The notes below the pieces were generated by a model. That model saw nothing but the letters and a program-made list of their open reading frames with translations. It searched no databases and had not been told where the DNA came from. 55,941 bases of DNA from Craspedostauros australis (Eukaryota): NCBI GenBank assembly GCA_030167865.1, contig JALAGF010001013.1, positions 1 through 55,941 of the forward strand. Reading direction: 5' to 3'. Shown here piece after piece: positions 10,943-22,334 of the stretch (positions within the stretch are counted from its first letter, which is position 1; every line of letters begins with the position of its first letter). A program made the translations under genes and the position numbers.

Positions 10943-11855
10943 GATGCCCCGGACTGTCGCGCCTTGTCGTTACCACAGGAGACTACGACTACGACTACGA
11001 GTACAGAGCAAGTGCACTTGCACTTGTAGAGCAATTGTACTATTATATGTTGGGTTGAGTGCAGGTGTGCTCTTGGGCGGCGGAGGGAGTGATGAGAGGG
11101 CGGAGCTGCGGATCTTTCCTTTCCCTTCTCTTCGCATCGCATCACCCCGCGCCACACCGTGTGGATCTCAACGACGGAAGAGAAGCGCAGCAATCCCCAT
11201 TGTCGTTGTCTCTTCGCTGGGTGTGTTCGCCGCTCTTGTGACACCGCATCTGAAAGGATTCGCGAGCGCCACAATCGCTTTCCAATCCCGTCATAGCACG
11301 GACCAATCAGAACCAGTGATTCAACCGTCAGTCCCGTGCTCGTGTCACAATGGCAAATCAAGAACACCAAAACCAACTCAAAATTATCGTCATGCATTGA
11401 AAAGTATTCAAGACCGAATAACTTCATATGTCACAATAACGCTCACAATTTCGACTCCGAAACATCTCCAACCACCACAACGATGCGAAAAAACGATGTG
11501 GGGCACGGTAACCCAACACCTTTGCGGATGTGTGCATTGACTATGATCTGCACTGTACTGGCACCAAAACAAGTGCTTGATTGCGTGCTCGTAGAGTAAG
11601 CGTGGTGCCACTCACGCAAGCGTCATCTTCAGTGCTGTTCATGACAAGTCATCAAAGATCGAGGAGCAGTATCACCGTTGTCATATTTTTCCATTCATCC
11701 AACGAAGCATCGATCGTGCACGAGTGCTGCTAGCCTCACACGTTGCAACGGGTTCAGCCAACGCCTTGCGGTGTGTGCCATAACCCTCCGGTCGCCGGGT
11801 ACCATTCGTTGACTGGCATCCGTACTATACTAGTACCATACTCCACACAGCTTCC

Positions 11856-14800
11856 ATGCAGTCAATCATGACGACGACGACGTCGCCGACAGGATCGGTC
11901 CTGCGGTCTCCCAGTTCGTGGATCACTACGAATCCAACGGATGAGGCCGATGTGGAGACTCCAGATTCACAACGCGATCGGCTGGGAATCAAGAAGCCGG
12001 TGCACACTCCGAATCGCAAGTACTCGCAGCACATGGACGCGGATGGCGTGAGCCATGTCTTTCCGACCACACCAGCGAATCACATGGGCGACCCCTCACA
12101 GTCGTCGGTCATGAAGGAACCACCGTCCACGAGTCTGTCCAAGGCGCGCATGAACAAGCGCTTCCTCGAGATGATGCGACAGCCATCGACGTCGGAAGAA
12201 ACCATGAGCGAAACAGACGAAGGCGAGGACAGTCCCACGGAATCCGCGAGCTCGGGATCCAGCAAGTACTCGGAAAATCGGCGGTTCTGGATCGGGCTCA
12301 TGAATCGGGTCGATAGCCAAAGCACGACGAGCCAATACACCAGCGACGCATCGTCCATGATGTCCGGCCGATTCTCGTTCTCCAGTGCCAGCCAAGGCAT
12401 TCCCACGCCGATGGGACGCAAGATCTTCCGCTCGCCCTCCAACGCTTCCTCCATCACGACGCCGAGGGATGATGACAATCACGGCAGGAGCTTGAAGACG
12501 CCACGATCGACGATTAGCGCAGGGTCGCAACCGAGAGTCGCCACGGAGGGATCTCAGTGGAAATCACCAACGAACCACAACTTCGTCAGCCCCACCGCAT
12601 CGCAGGGGTCCAAACGCAATGAGAAGACCAACGAAAACGCTTTCAGCTTTTCGAATCTCCCGCCGACCCCGCAATCGGCGCACGCGCTCTCCCACGCTCC
12701 ATGCAACAACAACGACAACAACAATGACAGCAACGGCAATCATGCTGGGACACCGCGAATGTTCGGAGATGATAGAACCAACAGCGTCAACACCCCAACA
12801 GTGTTGTCAACACCGCAACACAACCACGATCACGACCATGGTCAAAATCAGAAGCATCCCAACACGGGCACCAGCACCAACCCACAGAGACACCCCAACG
12901 AGGCGGAGCAAGAGCAGCCTGCAAACCAGCTTTCGGTGAAGATCGAACCATCACCTGGGTCTCAGAATCCAGACGACCGATACACGCCACTCGCGACTGC
13001 GCGATTGAAGGCATACCGCAAATCCCTGTCCACGGGGTCGCCGCTTCCCGACTGGATCGGTGAAATCCACCCATCACCGGGTCAAAATCGGCGATCGACT
13101 CCTCTTGGCAAATGCTCGCCGCCTCTGAGAGCAGCGACAGATGCGAAGAATGATGGTGACATGGCGAAGTCCATGCTCTCCCCGGATCTGTCCATCCCGT
13201 CGGAACCGTTGCGATCCAAGCCAGTGGCATCACCTGGGCTCGTGCCAACGTCCATCCAGTACAAAACAAGCCAGGGCGCTGATGCACCACCAAGTCCCGC
13301 GATACGCGCAAGCCACCTATCCACACCAAAGATGACCAGCCGGAAGCCGCGACGTGCTGAGCAAAACCCACGATTCCAGAAGGCCTACGACGCATGGGCA
13401 CGGGTGGGATTGATGAAGGCAACCGTGTCATCAACACCAGGCGCATCAACGACGCCAGTACCATCGACCGCGACCGTCTCCTCCGCGTCGTCCATCGTAC
13501 GCACAGCGACAAGACCTCCGACCATTCCAACCCCCAGCAAGAGTGATGCGCAGAAGTGGACGCCGACGTCATTGCCAAAGGTGCACAGCAAGACGGAGCA
13601 ACATATCGCATCGTTGCAAACGGCACCCTCTCGTGATTACTCCATCCAGCCCGTGTCATCGGAGGATGTCCGAGATCTGCCTCATATGGGATCTGGAGAT
13701 ACGAGGAGCACGAGCCAGTGTACGAGTATGCGAATGGAGATCATCCCACCAGTGCCAACCTACAACGACGACGAATCCACCCTGCCATCGATGCAGGAGA
13801 CGCTGGAATCCCGTTCGACCATCCAGGACGATGCCAAGGAGAACGACAGCAAGCAGCATCGCAGAACTGATTCCGACAGTTCCGGTTTCCACGACATTCT
13901 CAACCATTGGAAGACTGTGAGCGCAGATAAGCCCAATACACACTTCCTCTCCCCCGAGCAGAAGAAGTGGGAGAAGGAACGCCAGGATCAACGCAGAAGG
14001 TCGAGCTTCCGAAGACCGCCACGTAGCGAAGACAAGAAGAAGAGCCAGCAACAAAGGCAACAGCAAGAGCAGCAGCAGCAGCAGTTTCAATGGAAATCGT
14101 TGTCATCGCCACTGAAGGGTAGCAGCAAGGATTTCCTGGACGAAACCCTGAACATGGAGAGCCCAAGCAGCCAGACGGATGATCATGATGAGTCCTTTCC
14201 GCCGCAAGACTTCTCCATCGACGTCGATGTCGACTCCGATATTGATACGGGCAGCGTGGTGACTGGCAGCAACGCCCGCAAGCCGGCGGCGGATCACTTC
14301 CGTAAGATCAGATCCTTGGTCGATTCCGACATCTTCGAAGATGATTGCACTGTGGCAGACGACGACCCTAAACCCAACCGAGCACTTGTCATGTTAGAGA
14401 ACGAACGCACATTCGAAGTGACGGTCGGTGGTGCTCAACAGAGCCCGGGCAAGGAGGGAGTGTCGATCCGCAACCTTTCGCCCTTTGACGAAGCGAAAAA
14501 GAAGCGGAAGAGCGTCGCGCCGTGCGAATGCTCGAAGTCCGTGTTCAGCGGCAACGACAACCTCGTGGATTTCTTCCTCCCCAAGCTGGGAATGGCCTGC
14601 ACGTGCGGAAGGTCGGATCATGGCATCGTGAATGTCAACGATCCGACGGCTATCGAGAATATCCTGCGCCCGTGGCAGGTAACATTCGTCAAGGCATTCG
14701 GCGTCGACCGTGGTGACCAGCTCGTGAAGGCTCGTCACCGAAGTGGTCGCATCATGACCCGCGCGCTGTGCGACTGGCGCAGACGAGAGGGATTGGTGTA

Positions 14801-15110
14801 CTTTGATCTGAACTCATGCAGCCTGGCGATCGACATCTGGGCCAAGACGTGCAAGGCCTACGTTCGATCTGTCCGCAAGCAGATCAAGGAGGGGGAGAGG
14901 ATGTTGGAACAGCAACCGGGCCCGATCCTGCGCGAGCTGTCGCGTTTCGTGAATGAGTTGCCGCCAGAACCAAAGCGGAGGGAAGATCAGATCAGGTACG
15001 GGCAAGCACCTCATCCGAGTTTGCTCCAACATGAGCTGGATGGGCTGCCGAGTGTGAACAGCAGCGACATTTCGATCGACTATGATTTGGAATCGCAAGT
15101 AGAGGTGTGA
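11856..15110 (+). CDS. Large S/T/P-rich disordered protein with a Cys-containing folded C-terminal domain, function unknown
   Basis: Uninterrupted 1084-aa ORF. The C-terminal ~150 aa (CECSKSVFSGNDNLVDFFLPKLGMACTC..ILRPWQVTF..IWAKTCKAY) look globular. Confidence 0.8.
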   Translation: MQSIMTTTTSPTGSVLRSPSSWITTNPTDEADVETPDSQRDRLGIKKPVHTPNRKYSQHMDADGVSHVFPTTPANHMGDPSQSSVMKEPPSTSLSKARMNKRFLEMMRQPSTSEETMSETDEGEDSPTESASSGSSKYSENRRFWIGLMNRVDSQSTTSQYTSDASSMMSGRFSFSSASQGIPTPMGRKIFRSPSNASSITTPRDDDNHGRSLKTPRSTISAGSQPRVATEGSQWKSPTNHNFVSPTASQGSKRNEKTNENAFSFSNLPPTPQSAHALSHAPCNNNDNNNDSNGNHAGTPRMFGDDRTNSVNTPTVLSTPQHNHDHDHGQNQKHPNTGTSTNPQRHPNEAEQEQPANQLSVKIEPSPGSQNPDDRYTPLATARLKAYRKSLSTGSPLPDWIGEIHPSPGQNRRSTPLGKCSPPLRAATDAKNDGDMAKSMLSPDLSIPSEPLRSKPVASPGLVPTSIQYKTSQGADAPPSPAIRASHLSTPKMTSRKPRRAEQNPRFQKAYDAWARVGLMKATVSSTPGASTTPVPSTATVSSASSIVRTATRPPTIPTPSKSDAQKWTPTSLPKVHSKTEQHIASLQTAPSRDYSIQPVSSEDVRDLPHMGSGDTRSTSQCTSMRMEIIPPVPTYNDDESTLPSMQETLESRSTIQDDAKENDSKQHRRTDSDSSGFHDILNHWKTVSADKPNTHFLSPEQKKWEKERQDQRRRSSFRRPPRSEDKKKSQQQRQQQEQQQQQFQWKSLSSPLKGSSKDFLDETLNMESPSSQTDDHDESFPPQDFSIDVDVDSDIDTGSVVTGSNARKPAADHFRKIRSLVDSDIFEDDCTVADDDPKPNRALVMLENERTFEVTVGGAQQSPGKEGVSIRNLSPFDEAKKKRKSVAPCECSKSVFSGNDNLVDFFLPKLGMACTCGRSDHGIVNVNDPTAIENILRPWQVTFVKAFGVDRGDQLVKARHRSGRIMTRALCDWRRREGLVYFDLNSCSLAIDIWAKTCKAYVRSVRKQIKEGERMLEQQPGPILRELSRFVNELPPEPKRREDQIRYGQAPHPSLLQHELDGLPSVNSSDISIDYDLESQVEV

Positions 15111-15622
15111 GGTCGGGGAAGGCCCAGGGAACTGATCAAGATTAAAATAGAAATATGGGCTCACACGGAGTGCGCATGAGTACATGATGAGTAGAGTACG
15201 TTTGGCAGATTGCGACTTGCCTTGTCGTTTCAGGGGATGCGATGCTCACTGTCTCTCGCTTGCTTTATCTGGATAGATCCTCGTGGGAATGCATGATCGC
15301 GTGCTGGTTTGGAGAAGAATACGGCAGGGCGCTCAGAATATAGTATTATACATCCGGATGCAGCTCATTTTCTCATGTCGTGCATCTCAACGAATGAGAT
15401 AGTTGTTCCAGTGTCTGCCATTGCATCCGCTTTCTCGCTCGTTGAATGATGACAATGCCTTGCCGTGCTCCCTCCATCAGAAGCACCCGCCCTGCGACTC
15501 CTCGCCCCTCCATACGGATGTTATCTCCCTACAGCATTGATTGCGACACGACTGTGCCTGCGCATGCATCAAATGAGCTGAGATCATTCATGTCGTCGTT
15601 GTCGTCGTCGTCATCATTGCGT

Positions 15623-16001
15623 CTACTTGCGCTCCAATGTTTCGAACTGGACGATGCTGTTGCCACGAATGACGACCTTGCCGACGAACTTGCCATCCAC
15701 CTGCTCTGCCTCTTCCAGCACAACATTCAGGTAGGCATCGTATCCTCTCAGCGTCCCTATCAGTTTGCGATTTCCATTGAGATGGAGTTTCAGCCGCTTG
15801 TCCTGCGAATAATGAAAACAGAGTGAATGCATTGATGTGTGTTTGAATGTGTGAGTACAAGATTGTTGCAAACAATGGAAGGTGACAGGACACATCATGA
15901 CTGGTGGCATCACGCACATCAGACGCATCAGAGATCACAAAGAGTACACTCACCATGAATCGCTTGAGATCCGGTCCCTTGATGAATTTGCTTGTCGCCA
16001 T
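15623..16001 (-). CDS. SNRPG: Small nuclear ribonucleoprotein G (SmG), 2 exons, 75 aa
   Basis: Exons 16001-15954 and 15802-15623. Intron 15953-15803 (GTGAGT..CAG, phase 0). Spliced protein MATSKFIKGPDLKRFMDKRLKLHLNGNRKLIGTLRGYDAYLNVVLEEA..GKVVIRGNSI has the Sm1 and Sm2 motifs. Confidence 0.95.
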
Positions 16002-16768
16002 TGTGTCAGAGGATTATCAGCTTGTGCTTTGCCTTGTGGTTGCGTTTACGTTTGCGCTTTCTCTTCGATCGGTACTTTTACTTTTCTGCCCCACGGATCT
16101 TGGTTGCCGATGCTCAAGGATGATGTCGATTTGGTATAATGGATGGCTGCGATAGATCGGTGCTTATGGTGGTGCCCATGGGAAAGATGGACTCTGTTGG
16201 ATTGCGGTTGTTGTTGCGGTTGTGGTTGTGTTGATGTGTCTGTTGGTGGTGATCTCTTCGTTCCGTACTTTTGGTTTTGCCCATGGTCGAGATTTTGTTG
16301 GTGTTGCGAGAATAATCGAACGGAAGCATGACAGACTTTCGATACGTTCGACTAATACGTCTATTCACAACCCAGAGAGAGAGAGAGAGAGAGAGGAGGG
16401 TAGGTCGTAAAACACATCATGCGACTCCCTCTTGAGTGCGAGTTACTGAGGGAGTAAACAGAGACAGCTAAGTGTGCTGCAACTATCTGAGAGTGATTCC
16501 ATTGATCATATAGTAGTACATTGGTCGTTTGGCCACATGCCTGTCATTCTCCACACTGCTGTACCGATTCATCATCACTAGTCACGTACTGGGCGTCTCA
16601 TGAATTTCATTCTTCTGTGTTACTACTTGTATTTGTGCATATGCTTGATCTTCCCTCCCTATCTCGTGGCTTTCCTCGCTTCCACCTTGGCACGTAATCA
16701 CTTTGCGGCGCTCAAACAACCCTATTTGCGATGTCTCCGCTAACTGTATGCAGCGAAATCCACGGAAT

Positions 16769-18318
16769 TTAGCGTCCGCCGGCCTCGTTGAAAGTGATTG
16801 TCGTCTGAACGACGGTCACGCTGGATGGCTGGTACTGCGGGGCGCCTCCCTGTGGTGGAGCTTGGGTGTCCGCCATGGTGCTGGTGTTCGCGCTGGTCGA
16901 TGCGCCGCCTGTTTGGTTGCTTTCGAGGAAGAAGGCGGAGCTTGCAGCCTGCCACTCGGGCGAGTCCATGAGCTTTCTGCGTTCTTCGTTCATGAGTTGC
17001 ACGTGATCCTGGGTGAGCATCTTGTTGTCCTGGGTCACGGGGAGCGCGAAATACGGCACGCCCAACGCCATGAGCTTGTAGTAGCACTCCTGGCGCGATC
17101 CCGACAGGGGACGGAATCGAACACGCAGGAAGCGGCTGATCATGATGGAGAATCCTTGGATGACAGTGTTCCACAAGACATCATCGAAGCATGGGAGCAA
17201 GGAGTCAATGCGGATTGGCAGCGCGCGCAGGAGCGTGGCCAATCGGCGCGATTTCTCCCAGTCATTTCCGTGTTCCGGGAATCCACCGAGGTTGTACACC
17301 ACGATGATGACGCCGTGCTTCTGGGCCTCTGGGTCCTCCACGGCGAGGTGGCAGAGGTACCAAGTAGTGCGAAGCTACGAATCGATGGATGATTCATGGA
17401 TTGGATGGTTTAGTTTGGTGCGGCCGGTGGGAAAGTATCGCAGATAGAGCAGATCACAAGAGGGCATTGGAGGGCGATGCCATGAGTCGAGTTAGGGCGA
17501 GAGCATATTGGCGCATGAAAACGATGATAGAAGCAAAATCACACGGAGAAAACGACGCAAATGCGTTGCTCGTGCGTGCAGAGCTCGATGTTGCAACAGA
17601 ACATGCCGTAGACGTTGCGCAATCGCAATCACCCGAACTGGATGTCACATGGCTGGATACGATACACTATCCTCGTACGTACCATGTTCTCACGGACTTT
17701 GTACCCCTCTATGAAGGCCTTGTAGAAGAAGAGGACTCGGCGTCCGGCATGGTCTCGCTGTGGAAGGAGCTGCAGGTTGCCGGAGAACAATGCCGCCGTG
17801 TCGTCCTGGTCCATATCATCCAGCGTGATTTTCTTCACAAGCTTCTCACGTCCGAAGTAGATGAGCTTCTCTTCGAAGTACGATACGATACGGAGCGCGG
17901 CAAGTTCGGGGTTGTAGAGTTCAGCGCGCAGGAACATCATCTGGAAATCTCTGTCATCCACGAACTGCGGATCCATCTGGCGCGCGTCGGTGTAGGCCTG
18001 CTTCTTGGGGATCTTCTTGATGGCATTCTCCAGACCCACAAGGCACTCCTCGATGAATGCCGGCTGCTCCTCTCGGAGCTCGTTGACGTGTGGCGCCATC
18101 TTGGTGTTGCCGGACATGTCCGCCCACACCACTTGGCGCTCCTTGACTGGCAGCTCTCGCAGTTCACGCACCGTGCGCTCCTCGCTTGGACGCGTGAGGA
18201 TCTCGCATCCGACACGACACAGCGACTGCCGGTCCGTCTTCCATTGGATGCCTTGCATGGTGCCTTTGAGCGGTAGCACTATACCGTCACCACAGCTGCT
18301 TGGGGTCGTCAGCGTCAT
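16769..18318 (-). CDS. CRAL-TRIO/Sec14-like protein, 2 exons, about 413 aa (start codon uncertain)
   Basis: Exons 18318-17683 and 17374-16769. Intron 17682-17375 (GTACGT..TAG, phase 0) joins VRENM|LRTTWYL. Motifs: MFLRAELYNPELAALRI..YF, LLPQRDHAGRRV, EDPEAQKHGVIIV, LPIRIDS. Confidence 0.8.
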
Positions 18319-21300
18319 TCGTTTGTTTGAGGGGGTGTAGTCTGGTTTGGCGAAAACGGTTCAAGGGTGGTGGTGGGGGTGATGCAGACTTCACAGACAT
18401 CAGCACCGTGATTTGATGTTGGTGTAATTTGGGTTTGATTCAGGTACAGGGGAGTGAATGCGTTCGTGCGTGCGATTGTTCGCAAAAAGTTCAACCGAGT
18501 GCGTCCGCCGCGATCGCACAGGGACGAGCCCAGAAATGTGCACAGAATCGTGTATAGAAGTGAGCACGAATGTGGGCACAGAATTGTGGGCAGTAGGCAA
18601 CGAGCATCGGAGAGGGTAAGGAATGGGGGTGGTATTGCGATTGAGGAACTTGTACCAATCCCACACCGTTTGGCGAAAGGTGCAACCCTGCACATGGGAA
18701 CATCAAAGCAAAGCAGACCTGTACGATACAATGCAATCATCGCCAGCCCGCCAAGTCCAAGGCCCACGTCCAAAGTTGGTGCCACCAAATCAGGCCACGA
18801 CGGAGTTTAGCAATGGGCGCGATACCCCAATGCATCCCTCCATGCATGCACTCGCCCATCCAAAGTGTTTGGCCACCCAAGAACAACTAGCCAATCATCC
18901 GTGCGCGCATCCATTCCTCTCTTGATCAGCGAGTCAACTAGCGACTCAATCTCCGAACCGCAGCGAGCATTGGAGGTTCTCACCTGTTCTGGCAGTGTGC
19001 AACTCTTCTTGCGTTGGTTGTCGTTCCGTCTTGTTTCTTGTCTTGTTTGATGTTTCTTTGTGTGTCAGTCGAATAGGCGGCTGTTCAGTGGTCTGCAAAT
19101 GTATTCGTGCTCGTGATGGTATGCGTATTCAATGATATGCAACGAATGTTCGTTTCACGATCTCTTCGTTGGCCGTCTTCAATGAGGATAGTGTCTCTGG
19201 GGGATGCTCGGCTGGATTAAACTTGACTGGGATTGGATCCGAGTCGGTCTCTGGATCCGGGTCGGTCTGGTGGGCTTCTGGATGGTGGTCGTAGTGGCAA
19301 ATTGCGTTGAGGAGGTTGTGAGGTTGTGGTCGTTGTTGTGGTCGTCGTTGTGGTTGCGCAAAGGAGTCCTTTCGCTCGGCCGGTTGTCTTGTTTCGGATG
19401 TCTGTGAAATGAGGGGATGGTGGCGATGATACGTTGATCCGTTGATCTGTTGTCCTCGCTGAATGTGCTATGTTTGCTGTTGCGTGGTATTCGTCCTTCG
19501 TTCTTCGTGTGAGGAGGTGCGGATTGCGAGACCTCTGTCGTTGTCACAGTACACGTACGTACGGGTACTCCTATCGTTCCTCACCAGCGACACACCGAGT
19601 GATGGGGCACGATGGAGCGCGGTGAGAGACAGGGCAGAGCACTGGAGAGCCTTCTCTGGCGCAGCGTGCGCTGAGGTGTTTCTTGCTCTCGGCCACTCGC
19701 TCTCTTCCGTTCTTCGTCTCACGCCTCCCGTCACCCGAGTCGCTGACCTCTCACGGTGTTGGCGCTGCGTCTGATGCCGTCGATTCGACTGTTCCTTCGG
19801 CTCCTGCACCGTTGTTAGCTGCTCCACTCGTTTTGCTCCACTTTGCCCGACAGATCCATCCCAACTGCCACTGGTGGCGAATGTGGAAGGAGAGGGTTGC
19901 GAAATTATGGTTATCACGGACCTTGGTGCTTGCCATGTTCCTTCTCGCAATTCGCTGGCTTTTGGCGCGACAACCCATGCGCCTAAGTGCGCGGCAGAAG
20001 TGGTGGACATTTCACGGTTTTTGCTTTCTCCGTTGTCTCTCTCGGACGAAACGTGTCTGATGGTGATGGCATGCATCGTCACAATTGGAGCCAACGAGCA
20101 GATGTGCGAGTGAACGAACTCGGAAGCCTTCCGAATTCTAGTACCGCCAACGTAGCGGCCTTCCGCCCCCATCTCTTAAGATTTATCATGCTTCTTGATG
20201 GATGCGATGATACGGCTTCACCGAAACTCCGTTCACAAAGTTGGGGATTGCAATGGGAAAATCGCACCCAAGCGCCGCACAGAGTCTGCCAAGATGACCA
20301 TGATGGGATCTTCCCAACCCTCTTGTCAACAGCCACGAAGTATTTTAGTAGTCACGATGACATACGTATTACACATGGGAGCCAAGAACTGCAGCCACGA
20401 GCTGTGCATGGTATGGTGCACTGCCCCGTTGTATTCATTTCTTGCGGCAAGAAGTTTGGAAGTGACGGCACACAGAGTAGTATGCTATACTCCAGAGTGT
20501 GAGCTACAGGATGATGCTCGTTGCTGTGCGTCAACCCCCTTGACGGAACCTATCGAAGTTCGACCTTCGGATGAGGCGCTTCCACACAATACTACATACA
20601 ATCCTACACAGGGAAGAGACAGATAGCCACAACTTCCTCTCTTCCTTCCCTACCCTTCCCTACCTTCCTTTTTCTCGACCTCCGAACCTTCGAGCTTTTC
20701 GTCTTGTCTGGGCTTCGGGGAGCAGGTCGTACGTATCCCATCTTCCCCACCACTCCACCTCATTCTGATGGATCGTGACGCCTTCCTCTGCTTGGCTTTC
20801 CTTCACTTTGGGTCACCTCCTTGTTGCCAATGGAAGAGTTGCCCACCGAGAGCACAGGACAAGCGCTTGCGCTCTTCAAGAGTGCTCACACTCAGACACT
20901 CCGCGCACACAGACCCCCGTTCCTCGCCTTTCCTCTCCTTGTGTGCTGAAGGTTCCGGTGGTTCAAATGAACATAGCAAGACTGCCGACTTATTTGTGAT
21001 ACTCTCTATTCGTCGAACTCGTCAAGACGAAACAGCTTCAGGGGGGGGGGGATGCCGCTCTCCCTCTCTTTCGCTGGAGACGTCTTTGGACAAGCAACTG
21101 TACCTACTACTCCATGAGCCAGCAACACAACAAGGGTCGCCAACACCCCAGTCTCCCACAATTGTCGAGCAACGTATCCATGGATCTGAGACAACCGCTG
21201 CCCAACATCCAACGGAGAACAGATCGACACTTTCCGCGCTCGTCGATAAATCCTTGGTCTTGTGTCTCTCGCATCTGAATAGCGTAGCCGGAGCTTCTTT

Positions 21301-22334
21301 GTTGCGCAACTGCCTTCGCCTTTGTCCCTTCTCCCCTCGTGTCACATCGGTATTCGCGGAAGAGGACAGATTGTACTCGAACGATTCGAAGTCGATCGAC
21401 TCGTGTGACTGTTCGTACTCGTGAATGCTACAGCTGAGGACGTTACGGGCGTTAAACTTCGAACAACTGAAACTCCCGCCAAAAACGCAACATCTCGGAA
21501 AACAAGACGACAAGAGGACGAAGACAAGGACAACACCGAACACGCAACAAAATGGAGCTCCTCTGCTCGCAAAGTACAATACGCACACCAGTTATCATCG
21601 CGAACGTAAAAAAGATCAGCTATTCGGGATGGTGCCATCGCGACAGCCCATCATTCGCGGTCTCGCTGGTCGCGCTTGAGACTTGAAATCATGGTTCTCA
21701 TACCATCCATCTATCCATCCCCAGGATGATGAGGTGTGGTCGATGGTTCTCGTCCCTTGTTGCCACTCTGGATGAGGGCATCACGTCCAAGGTTGATTTG
21801 ATTGACCTGACCTGATCTGATCTGATCTGGACAGGTGAGGCGAGATGACGGAACCGCATACGTCCCATCATCCACGATCGTCACCACCGTTCTCTGTCAT
21901 CAGTCCACAAGTCCCACGCTCGTGGGAACTTCGATTTCCATCCCATTTTGGCGATTTGTCATCAGTCCGGTCTCGTTGTGCTTTCGATCGATGCGATGGT
22001 CGCCACACAATCGCGACATCGCAATCGCAGACCTTCACAAAACCACGCAGATGGATCCATTGGTGAGCAAAGGATCTCATCAGTCCAACTTGGCTTATTC
22101 GACACTCCCATGCCGCAAAGACACCTACACACTCATCTCTCACGCGCTCACAGACCCACGCACTCACATATTCTCTCAACTTGCATCACGAAATTCTCTG
22201 AAGCTAAGAAAGGCAGACTCTCCACAACCCGAACAACAAATCCAGTAACACAATATCACCACCACCGCTCCAAATCGTTCTACTCTACCATACTGCAGCG
22301 CTCTGCTCCATGCAACCGTGCCAAGGAACACACC

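Noticed and set aside
14520..14780. Faint resemblance of the 1084-aa protein's C-terminus (VDFFLPKL..KAFGVDRGDQL) to the Rif1 C-terminal region
   Set aside because: No HEAT repeats or SILK/RVxF motifs, and the similarity is too weak without a profile search.
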